Of a stretch of 64,000 nt of DNA, positions 52,612-60,388 are shown piece by piece (position 1 is the first letter of the stretch; each line of letters opens with the position of its first letter). The position numbers and the translations under genes were made by a program. Under the pieces are notes generated by a model. That model made no database searches and was not told where the DNA came from. It was given only the letters and a program-made list of their open reading frames with translations. This stretch comes from Terriglobia bacterium (GTDB lineage: Bacteria > Acidobacteriota > Terriglobia > 2-12-FULL-54-10). The stretch is taken from positions 1,280,001 to 1,344,000 of the forward strand of contig CAXVYR010000003.1 in NCBI GenBank assembly GCA_963666975.2, read 5' to 3'.

Positions 52612-52832
52612 ACCCGCTCCCTCACCCCTCGGCTTCGCTCGGGGCAGGCTCTCGCGGCTCGGAATTGGCGTGCTGATTTGGCTGCACTTACCGAGCCGCG
52701 CGCGTTAGCAAGCGGGTAAAAAATAATGATGAGTGCCGAGTAACAAGTAATATCCAACATACCGGTGCCTTTGCTCGCCACTCGTCACTTGTCACAGATT
52801 TAACCCGCTCCCTGACGGTCGCGGCTCGGATT
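52612..52832. repeat. Cluster of three family B REP-like repeats
   Basis: ~52612-52665 (nested insert), 52691-52717 (rev), 52803-52832. Confidence 0.75.
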
Positions 52833-52850
52833 GGTATTCCAACAAACTTT

Positions 52851-53611
52851 TCACTGAAACACCGACCGAATCTCGCCGGTGATGCGGAGCAACTCCAGCC
52901 GGGCCCTTTCCGTCTGGTATCCCACCTCCAAAAAGTTCAGCCAGCTTTCGTTTTCCGCAAAGCGGGCTTGCTCCAAAACCAGCCGGTTCATTCTGCCCTC
53001 TTCGTACTGCGCCAGCGTCGCGCCCAGCGTACTCCGCGCCAACTCCAGCTCCAGCCGGGCGACTTCCTGAGCCGCTGCTTGCTGCTCCGTCTCGCCCATC
53101 AGTTCCCTGACCTGCCGGGCGATGCCAGCGCGGGCGCTGCTCAGCCGGTAACGGGCGGCGGCCAGTTCCGCTTCCGCCTTGGACAGGCGGGCAGAAAACC
53201 GGGCGCGGTCATACAAAGGCATCACCACGGAAATGCCAAAGGTCGCGTTGTGGCGGGCGAGTTTTTGGAAGAAATCGGAGAAGTTGTTGATGTCGCTAAA
53301 CAAACCGTACTTGCCCACCAGATTCACACGCGGCCAGCGGCTCCCTTGCTCGCTCTGCACCTGGAACTCCCGAGCGCGTACTTGCGCCTCTAGCGACTTG
53401 ATCCCTTCATTGTTGCCGACGGCCTTCTCGACCGCCCCCCTGTCGTCTTGTTTTTGTCTCATCTTCGTTCCTTTCAGTCTCTACGATGAGCCAAAAACAT
53501 CACCTTAACAATTAACCTCTATCTGTCCAACATGCCCTGACGAGGTACACCTGCCACCAGTATGATGAGTGCCAAAAATAGCCCGAGGCGACGAAATTTA
53601 CCAGTTGCCAT
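52851..53611 (-). pseudogene. TolC-family outer membrane efflux protein, interrupted by an IS fragment and internally deleted
   Basis: Signal-peptide start MATGKFRRLGLFLALIILVAG at 53611-53550; OEP-like C-terminal half (WPRVNLVG, FGISVVMPLYD, AQYEEGR) at 52851-53417. Confidence 0.75.
53418..53549 (-). mobile_element. Left-end fragment of the IS3-like element (IRL plus first 15 codons of orfA)
   Basis: Reverse complement near-identical to 61003-61134; begins TGTACCTCGTCAGGGCATGTTGGACA. Confidence 0.9.
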
Positions 53612-53760
53612 GGGAATTGACCGGGAAAACCTCCCATTTTGAAGTATAGCAAAGTTCCCTTCCCGGCCATGACTGGCGGTATGCTTTTTTGCCGTGCCCG
53701 CTCTTGCGGAACTTCTCAAGACCGAATCGGTTCAAAGACTAAAGAAAAGGAGTCAGCAGC

Positions 53761-55104
53761 TTGATTCAGCGAATGACGGTGAACGCAATCTTTCTGGTCC
53801 GGCGATATATGCCGGCGCCTTACCTGCTAGCCCTGGTCCTCACTTTCGTCGCCGCAATTCTGGCAATGACCATCACACGAACGCCGCCGTCGGAGGTGGT
53901 GGACCACTGGTATCGCGGGCTCTGGGATATCCTGACCTTCACCATGCAGATGGTACTGGTGTTGATGTGCGGCCATGCCTTGGTGGATGCCCCCTTGGTC
54001 AAGCGCGGCCTGGATTGGTTCAGCACTCGTCCTAAAACGGAGCGGCAGGCGGGGGTGCTCGTTTTTTTAATCGGCTGGGCGACCGCTCTGTTCAATTGGG
54101 GCTTCTGCCTGGTGGTGGTCGGCGTCATGGTGCGGGAGATTCCCCGCAGGTTGCCGGGAGTATCCAAGGGATACCTGGCAGCCGCCGGATATACCGGCTT
54201 TGCGGTGTGGGCATCGGGCCTCTCCAGTTCCATTGCCCTGGTCACGGCAACGGACGGAAGTCCGCTGAATATCGTCGATCAGATGGCCCATCAGACTTTC
54301 TCCCTGCGCGAGACCCTGTGGACCCCCTATAACATTTTTGGCGTGGCCGGCATGCTGGTCCTGATGCCGCTGCTGTTCTGGCGCATTCCTATCTCCAAAT
54401 TAGAGCCGCAGACGCCGGACCTGGAGCAGCCGCCCTCTTCGGTTGAGCCGGTTGCGGCAGAAGGAGCGAAGGCGGCGGAACGTACCCCGGCTGAAAAAAT
54501 CGAGCAGAGCCGCGTGGTCACATTTCTGTTAGTGCTGATGAGCATGGGATATGTCTATACACGGTTCCGCCAGGGCACATTTCATCTGGATTTGAATATG
54601 ATGATCTTTCTGCTGCTGGTGCTCGGGTGGATTCTGCACGTCACACCGATCCGTTACATGCAGGCCTTTCATGCCGGAGCCCGCGCCGCCGGTCCGCTGC
54701 TGCTGGCCTACCCTCTCTATGGAGGGATCATGGGCCTGATTCGAGATACCGGCCTAGCCGACTGGTTTGCGCAACTGTTCGTATCGTTCTCGACCGCAGA
54801 AACCCTGCCCTTTTGGTCTTATGTCAGCTCCAACATCATCACCCTGTTCGTTCCCTCCGGCGGAGGACACTGGGCAGTCCAAGGACCTGTGATGGTGAAG
54901 GCGGCCATAGAGATGGATGCCTCCTTGCCGAAGACCGCCATGGCGGTTGCCTTCGGCGAACAAACCGCCAACCTGTTGCAGCCCTTTTGGGCGCTCCCGA
55001 TCGTCAGCATCGCCGCTCTGAGCGTGCGCGAGATGATGGGCTACTGTCTGGTGGCGCTGGCCGTCGCCGCTCCCTTGTTTGGAATTGCGTTACTGCTTTT
55101 CTAG
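53761..55104 (+). CDS. Short-chain fatty acid transporter family (AtoE-like)
   Basis: FTMQMVLVL..GH, NWGF, GLSSS, PLYGGIMG, FVPSGGGHWAVQGP, NLLQPFWALP. Confidence 0.92.
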   Translation: MIQRMTVNAIFLVRRYMPAPYLLALVLTFVAAILAMTITRTPPSEVVDHWYRGLWDILTFTMQMVLVLMCGHALVDAPLVKRGLDWFSTRPKTERQAGVLVFLIGWATALFNWGFCLVVVGVMVREIPRRLPGVSKGYLAAAGYTGFAVWASGLSSSIALVTATDGSPLNIVDQMAHQTFSLRETLWTPYNIFGVAGMLVLMPLLFWRIPISKLEPQTPDLEQPPSSVEPVAAEGAKAAERTPAEKIEQSRVVTFLLVLMSMGYVYTRFRQGTFHLDLNMMIFLLLVLGWILHVTPIRYMQAFHAGARAAGPLLLAYPLYGGIMGLIRDTGLADWFAQLFVSFSTAETLPFWSYVSSNIITLFVPSGGGHWAVQGPVMVKAAIEMDASLPKTAMAVAFGEQTANLLQPFWALPIVSIAALSVREMMGYCLVALAVAAPLFGIALLLF

Positions 55105-55285
55105 TAAGACTGCCAGAAGCGAGAAAGCGGCACACGACTCTTCCGCAACTCTTCGAGGATACGCAGGCTGGAGACCGCTGATTCTGATTCAGTGAAGTTT
55201 ATTTGCTGCGAGCGAACGCACGCAGTCTGCTGCACGCGGTGAAGGATAACATGACTCAGGCCTTCCAGAACGGAATGAACCTACC

Positions 55286-55483
55286 TTACCGCCACGCGGA
55301 AGAATTCCGGGATGCATGGTTAGCGGACTCAGCAGCCACCCAGGATTTGTGAGAGCCACAATAGCCACAACGGAATTCAAGCTGCCCGTCTTGGGCGATT
55401 TGCCAGGCTTGCTCCGCACTGAGGCCGAATTGTTTGCGCATGCCACAACTGGTACACTTTAGTTGGACTTCTTCGATTTCCAT
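55286..55483 (-). CDS. Small putative zinc-ribbon protein
   Basis: CTSC and CGYC pairs in 65 aa; AGAGG upstream. Confidence 0.55.
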   Translation of the reverse strand: MEIEEVQLKCTSCGMRKQFGLSAEQAWQIAQDGQLEFRCGYCGSHKSWVAAESANHASRNSSAWR

Positions 55484-55728
55484 GTTTGCTGCCTCTTTAT
55501 TATTTGCCTGCTGACCGGATGCCGTTCCGTCTGCAGCCTTCCGGCCTGAACATTAAAAATCCAACACATATACCTGTACTTCATTGATGTGATCGGATAC
55601 TTTTATCAGTACTTTAGATGGTGGAAAATCAAAGATGTTCACAACACCCGGCTGGCTGCCTGTATCCCTCGCAGGCTTAGCAAGAAGGTGTTATAATCCC
55701 TCAGAGTACGGTTGATGGCCGAATTGCC

Positions 55729-55977
55729 ATGTTTATTTCAATGCAAAATGCAAGGATTTGTCTTGACTGCGATACCGTATTTGAAGAAACGAACTGCCCT
55801 CGCTGCAGCAGCGAAAGCTTCCACCCCCTGAGCAGATGGATTCGGCCTGCCATAGCCGCCGAACCGGTTGCCTTGGCCAAGAAAACAAGAAATGCCTCCC
55901 TCTTGTTGCTGGCTTCCGGGATTGCGTTTGCGGCTTGGCATTTTTTCACAAAGCCTGACAACAACTCGCCGAAGTGA
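55729..55977 (+). CDS. Small putative zinc-ribbon protein with C-terminal TM segment
   Basis: CLDC-x8-CPRC; hydrophobic LLLLASGIAFAAW; TATAAT at ~55692 upstream. Confidence 0.6.
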   Translation: MFISMQNARICLDCDTVFEETNCPRCSSESFHPLSRWIRPAIAAEPVALAKKTRNASLLLLASGIAFAAWHFFTKPDNNSPK

Positions 55978-56086
55978 TTTTTTACGCCGCCACCCTTCGC
56001 GCCGGAACATTCAGTGGCTGGCGCAAGTTCCCATTCTCCTCCTGCGCCCATCCGGGAACTTCTGTGCTACACTGCCCCAAAATTGC

Positions 56087-57805
56087 ATGTTGCAACATCT
56101 GCACATTGAGAATTACGCTCTGATTGAGTCCCTGGACCTGGAGTTCCACCCCGGCTTCAATCTGCTGACGGGGGAAACAGGAAGCGGCAAGTCGATTATC
56201 GTGGACGCCGTGGGGCTGCTTCTGGGCGAAAAGGCGTCGGCGGAGATGATCCGCGGCGGAGCAGACCGGGCGAGGATCTCCGCAGTTTTTTCCTTTTCAC
56301 CATCTCCCGCTTCCGGGCATGCCGAGCACCGCCTCCATCCGCTGAAGCAGCTTCTTGCCGAAGCGGGGCTGGCCAGCCAGGAAAAGGAAGACCTCATCCT
56401 GCAACGAGACCTTTTGCTCGGCGGGAAGTCCCGAGCTTTTGTGAATCATCAGCCTGCCACCGTAGCGATGCTCAAATCTTTGGCTCCTTTTCTGACGGAG
56501 GTCCACGGCCAGAATGAGCAGCAGGAGCTATTTTCCCCGCACGTTCAACTGGAGATGCTCGACCGCTTCGGCGGCCTCGCCGCTCTGGCAGCCACTGTTC
56601 GAGAGCAGTTTAACCTTTGGAAAGACCTCCGTCGCCAGCAGGAAGGCTTGGCTAAGCAGGCGCAAGAGCGGCTGCGGCAGATGGACCTGTGGCAGTTTCA
56701 GAAACGCGAGATCGAACAAGCCGCAATCACTCCCGGCGAAGATCAGCGGTTGGAAGAGGAAAAACTGCTGCTCGCCCATGCAGCGAAGATACAGGCCAGC
56801 CTGGCCGCTTCATTTGATCTGCTTTATGACTCCTCCCACTCCGCTGTCGCCTCCACGGCGTCTGCCAGCAAGAAGCTGGAGGAGGTGCTGCCCTATGACG
56901 CCACCTTGAAACCGCTGGCCGAGGCCTTGCAGTCGGCCCAGGTCTCGCTGGAAGACGTTTCGCTGAGCTTGCGCGACCGATTGTCCGGGATCGAGTCCAA
57001 CCCTCAACGGCTGGAGGAGGTGGAAAACCGGCTTGCCTTGCTGGAACGGCTCAAGAGAAAGTACGGTCCGACGCTGGAGGAGGTGCAAGCTTACGGGGAG
57101 CAGGTGTCGGCGCAAATCCAGGAGACGGAATCGAGCGAGGCGCTCAGCCAATCCCTCGCAGCAAAGCTTGATGAGACCGCGGCTGCTTATCAGAAGAATG
57201 CTGAGGAACTGTCCCGCAGACGGCAGAAGGCTGGCCGGGAACTGAAAGCGGATGTCGAAAAGGAATTGAAGGCGCTGGCCATGAAGGGAACGGTGTTTGA
57301 GGTCCGGTTCACAACCTCGGCCGCCGAAGCGGATTGGCGCGCCTCGGGAATCGACCGGGCCGAATTTCTGATCTCCCCCAACCCCGGAGAGCCGCTCAAG
57401 CCCCTGGCCCGGATCGCCTCCGGCGGGGAGATTTCCCGCACGATGCTGGCGCTGGAAACCGTCCTCGACGCCCGGCGGTGTTCCGGCGGCACAGACCATG
57501 CGCTTATTTTCGACGAGGTGGACGCCGGCATCGGGGGGCGCGCCGCCGAAACGGTGGGCAAAAAGCTGCGGCAGTTGGGGAAACACCGCCAAGTGCTTTG
57601 CGTAACCCATCTGCCACAGATCGCCAGCTTCGCGCATCACCACTTCCGTGTGGAAAAAAGCGAGCGCAACCGGCGGACAACCACCCAGGTCAAATATCTC
57701 GACGGAGAGCAACGCACGGCGGAATTGGCGCGGATGCTGAGCGGCAGCCAGATTACGGATGCCGGAATGAAACATGCGGCACAGTTACTGAAGGCGAATT
57801 CGTAG
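56087..57805 (+). CDS. recN: DNA repair protein RecN
   Basis: MLQHLHIENYALIE, TGETGSGKS, ASGGEISR, FDEVDAGIGG, VTHLPQIA, ELARML. Confidence 0.97.
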   Translation: MLQHLHIENYALIESLDLEFHPGFNLLTGETGSGKSIIVDAVGLLLGEKASAEMIRGGADRARISAVFSFSPSPASGHAEHRLHPLKQLLAEAGLASQEKEDLILQRDLLLGGKSRAFVNHQPATVAMLKSLAPFLTEVHGQNEQQELFSPHVQLEMLDRFGGLAALAATVREQFNLWKDLRRQQEGLAKQAQERLRQMDLWQFQKREIEQAAITPGEDQRLEEEKLLLAHAAKIQASLAASFDLLYDSSHSAVASTASASKKLEEVLPYDATLKPLAEALQSAQVSLEDVSLSLRDRLSGIESNPQRLEEVENRLALLERLKRKYGPTLEEVQAYGEQVSAQIQETESSEALSQSLAAKLDETAAAYQKNAEELSRRRQKAGRELKADVEKELKALAMKGTVFEVRFTTSAAEADWRASGIDRAEFLISPNPGEPLKPLARIASGGEISRTMLALETVLDARRCSGGTDHALIFDEVDAGIGGRAAETVGKKLRQLGKHRQVLCVTHLPQIASFAHHHFRVEKSERNRRTTTQVKYLDGEQRTAELARMLSGSQITDAGMKHAAQLLKANS

Positions 57806-57838
57806 CCCGCCGCAATCTCTCTCCTGAGCGTTCGGGAT

Positions 57839-57927
57839 CCGCTTGCTGAGAGCCTGCCCTGAGCCATGTCCTGAGCAAAGCCGAGGGAGAAGTCGAAGGG
57901 AGCTTGCCGAAGGGCGCGCGGCTCTGA
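57839..57927. repeat. Family B REP with multiply nested CCTGAGC...CGAAGGG mini-repeats
   Basis: CCGCTTGCT[...]CGCGCGGCTCTGA shell enclosing repeated CTGAGC and CGA(A/G)GG units. Confidence 0.7.
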
Positions 57928-57988
57928 CTACACATTCATTGTGAAAGTATAATAGCATTGTGAAAGTGTATTAGAGCCGTTGCCAGCC

Positions 57989-58018
57989 TTGACAGTGGGA
58001 ACCGCCTGTTCGTATAGT
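57989..58018 (+). promoter_or_regulatory. Putative sigma70 promoter of the selenoprotein operon
   Basis: TTGACA (57989-57994), 18-bp spacer containing GAAC-N5-GTTC dyad, TATAGT (58013-58018). Confidence 0.6.
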
Positions 58019-58043
58019 TAAATCGAGGATAGGCAAAACCGTC

Positions 58044-58364
58044 ATGGAATCTAATCCGAAACGCGCAGGCGTTGTGGCCATTGCAGCCGCTCTGCTGGCG
58101 CCCAGTTGATGAGTGCTTCCTCAAGTCCTGGCAGGACTTGGCTTATTGTCGCTGTTGAGCGCCAGCTGCCTGTTCTGGCTGGAACGGTTGCAGCCGGTCT
58201 TCATCACGATGGCGGTGGGCGCGCTGGCCTACGAGGGTTGGCTGGTGCATCGGCGTCCCCGGTTCCTCCGGACACGGGGAATTCTGGCCATCCTTTGGGG
58301 GAGCATCGTCATCAATATATTAGTGCTGGGAGCCTGGGTGGTGCTGTGGTTTCGTTATCGATGA
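58044..58364 (+). CDS. MerT-like heavy-metal transporter, putative selenoprotein with tandem Sec-Sec (TGA TGA at 58107-58112)
   Basis: MESNPKRAGVVAIAAALLAPS-U-U-VLPQVLAGLG...LERLQPVF...three TM segments; UU sits where MerT has ASxCCxxP; hairpin 58122-58140. Confidence 0.82.
58122..58140 (+). promoter_or_regulatory. Candidate bacterial SECIS hairpin
   Basis: CAAGTCCT-GGC-AGGACTTG perfect 8-bp stem, G-containing loop ~18-21 nt after the two UGA codons. Confidence 0.7.
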
Positions 58365-58403
58365 CGGTTTCCAGGATCGGTTTGGTCCACTGAGGAGATG
58401 CAA

Positions 58404-58880
58404 ATGAGCCACGTGAAGTCGCTTTGCCTGCTGTTCCTGCTATCGTTGCTCTCTGCGGTGGCCGCCCCGGCTCAGGTGGAGACGGTTGCGGCGCGGGCCA
58501 GCGGCATCACCTGAGCATCCTGCGCGGTGATCATGGAGATCGCCCTCAGACGCCTGGATGGCGTTGATCAAGTGACAATCAGCATTCAACAGCAGGCCCT
58601 GTCAGTGACCCTGAAACCAGGAAGCAGGTTCGATCCCCAGGGCATCCGGGACGCCGTAGCTCGGGCCGATGTGTCGATTCTCCGCTTCTACGTCGAGGCG
58701 CGCGGACAGGTGGAGCAAAAGGGGGACGAGCGTTACTTCGTCGCCGGCAAAGACCGCTTCCTGCTGGTCGCCTCTCGCGATGTTCCCGCCGGAGAGCCCA
58801 TTTGGGTCAACGCCTTGGTTGACGACAACACCAACCCCCTCCAGATGAGAGTAAACGAACACAAACCGCTCGAGCCATGA
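58404..58880 (+). CDS. Periplasmic MerP/HMA-domain protein, putative selenoprotein (TGA at 58512-58514, UxxC)
   Basis: GAGGAG RBS, signal peptide, then SGIT-U-ASC-AVIMEIALRRLDGVDQVTIS matching the HMA GMTCxxC...ALxxLxGV pattern. Confidence 0.85.
58526..58544 (+). promoter_or_regulatory. Candidate bacterial SECIS hairpin
   Basis: GGTGATC-ATGGA-GATCGCC 7-bp stem (one G-U pair) starting 11 nt after the UGA; lower stem CATCC/GGATG. Confidence 0.65.
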
Positions 58881-59323
58881 GCGCCTCCGCACAAAGCGAC
58901 AAGTCAGAATCCGCACGATATGCCGGACTGTTCCGGAGTCCTGTCCTAGACCACTTTCACCATCCGCGTAATGTCGGTGTCGCCGCCGGACACAACCAGT
59001 CCTTTCTGGAGCAAGACAACCCGTGGCAGGTCCGGTTGCGATTCACCCTGCGTGTGGAGCAAGACGGCATCGCGGAGGTAAAGTTCCAGGCGCAAAGTTG
59101 CGTCACCACCACGGCCTCGGCCAGCGCGCTGACCGTGATGGCCCAGGGAAAACGTGTGGAGGAGGCGTTGGCCATCACTCCCGAACAGCTTTCGAGGGAG
59201 CTGGGAACGGTTCCCCCCGAAAAGATGTACTGCTGCCAACTGGCCGTGGCAACGCTTCAGAAAGCTTTGCGGTCGCCGGAACAGGCCAGTTCCGAGACGC
59301 CCGCAGAGGTGAACAAGGAGTGA
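58877..59323 (+). CDS. IscU/NifU N-terminal-like scaffold protein, atypical
   Basis: VLDHFHHPRNVG, KFQAQSC, ASASALT, GKRVEEA, PPEKMYCC; ATGA overlap with upstream gene. Confidence 0.88.
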   Translation: MSASAQSDKSESARYAGLFRSPVLDHFHHPRNVGVAAGHNQSFLEQDNPWQVRLRFTLRVEQDGIAEVKFQAQSCVTTTASASALTVMAQGKRVEEALAITPEQLSRELGTVPPEKMYCCQLAVATLQKALRSPEQASSETPAEVNKE

Positions 59324-59517
59324 TTACTGCGGAACAAATCGGCGGCATGACGGTCCTCGATGCGCTGGACCTGTCACCGGAGGTGCGGCGCTACCTGCTG
59401 CGCCGGCTTCCCGAGATATGATGCTGGCCGGGGGAAACCCTCGAAGCGGTCGCTTTGAAAAAGAAGATGGACCTGGACGCGCTGGTCCGCATGATTCAGA
59501 CCATCCTCGCTAAATAG
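59320..59517 (+). CDS. Small DUF1858/ScdA_N-like protein, putative selenoprotein (TGA at 59419-59421, U-C)
   Basis: GTGA overlap; MITAEQIGGMTVLDALDLSPEVRRYLLRRLPEI-U-C-WPGETLEAVALKKKMDLDALVRMIQTILAK; family-like pattern on both sides of the TGA. Confidence 0.75.
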
Positions 59518-60058
59518 CGAAGATTTCCTTGATCGGCGCGCGAAAACCGGGGAGGACTGGCCCACCATCCAATTCCTGGTCGGCAGTGAGGACTTTTACA
59601 TCCTGGAGAGAACGATAAACGGTGACTCGCTGATTGGCGGGATCAACCACCCAAACCAAAGGGACTCCGGCCGTCAGGTACTCCTCGACCTTTTTTTGGA
59701 TTTCGCTGGCCGTGTCTTCCGGCGAGAGCACCTCGACAGCCAAATCGGGAGGAAACTCGGCAAACTTCTCAGGAATGCCTTCCTTGGCGATACGGTCCTT
59801 CGAAATGAACGCCACATCGGGAGCGCGCAGCGTGTCCGGGTTCCGGCTGAGGTAGAAGCCGCCCTCCGGGCCAACGAGGCCACACCTGTTCTCCGTCACA
59901 TAGTTTCCCAATAACCGATTCAAATTGGAAACAACCGCAGCATGTCGTATTCCCACAGGCGTCATCGGAATCAACTCTCCCTTGGACAACTCATAGCGGC
60001 TGCCATCGGCCACGATTTTCCAGAGGTCTTCACCGGTCAGAAGCGTTTTTGTGCGCAT
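59510..60058 (-). CDS. Uma2 family (DUF820) endonuclease-like protein
   Basis: RYEL..GEL, RAPDVAF, PDLAVEVLSP, KVEEYLTAGV..VWVVDP, VLPGF. Confidence 0.93.
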   Translation of the reverse strand: MRTKTLLTGEDLWKIVADGSRYELSKGELIPMTPVGIRHAAVVSNLNRLLGNYVTENRCGLVGPEGGFYLSRNPDTLRAPDVAFISKDRIAKEGIPEKFAEFPPDLAVEVLSPEDTASEIQKKVEEYLTAGVPLVWVVDPANQRVTVYRSLQDVKVLTADQELDGGPVLPGFRAPIKEIFAI

Positions 60059-60082
60059 GGGGAAATGATATCACAAAGGATG

Positions 60083-60273
60083 CAGAGCCGCGCGCGCCTG
60101 TCCCGAGCGAGGCCGAGGGAACAGCAAGCGGGTAAAAGCTTAAAGCTTAATGATGCGGGGCGAGTGGCAAGTAGCAAGAAAAGTGTCGTCAAAAATCCGC
60201 TCTTGCTCATCACTCGTCGCTCATCACTATTCACTCGGAATGCACCCGCTCCATCACTGTCGCGGCTCGGATT
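60083..60273. repeat. Inverted pair of family B REP-like repeats
   Basis: ~60083-60133 (rev, nested insert) and 60245-60273. Confidence 0.7.
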
Positions 60274-60310
60274 GGTCGGTTGCGCCTGTTGAAAGGGGTT
60301 TCGACGCGGA

Positions 60311-60388
60311 AATTAGCAGTTCCAATTTGTCGTGGATTTGTAAATTCGGAAAAAGCCCACGGCGAAAAAGACACTTCGCCGGGGCTAC
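60311..60388. repeat. Family A REPIN (degenerate left half); further partial copy at ~60451-60471
   Basis: CGTGGATTTGTAAATTCGGAAAAAGCCCACGGCGAA...TTCGCCGGGGCTAC. Confidence 0.8.

Noticed and set aside
52260-52850. Searched for tRNA-Sec (selC) or selB next to selA
   Set aside because: No cloverleaf or GTPase ORF seen; only short repeats and REPs
55868-56086. N-terminal extension of recN
   Set aside because: RecN consensus starts at ATG 56087
57999-58011. GAAC-N5-GTTC as a LexA box
   Set aside because: Spacing does not fit the GAAC-N4-GTTC box, and it lies downstream of recN rather than upstream
58107-59421. Genome-wide TGA reassignment (Trp/Gly) or simple pseudogenisation as explanation for the in-frame TGAs
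   Set aside because: Many conserved genes here end normally in TGA (rpoD, actB, actC, mutS2, selA), and the internal TGAs fall only at Cys-ligand positions with downstream hairpins; pseudogenisation is unlikely though not formally excluded
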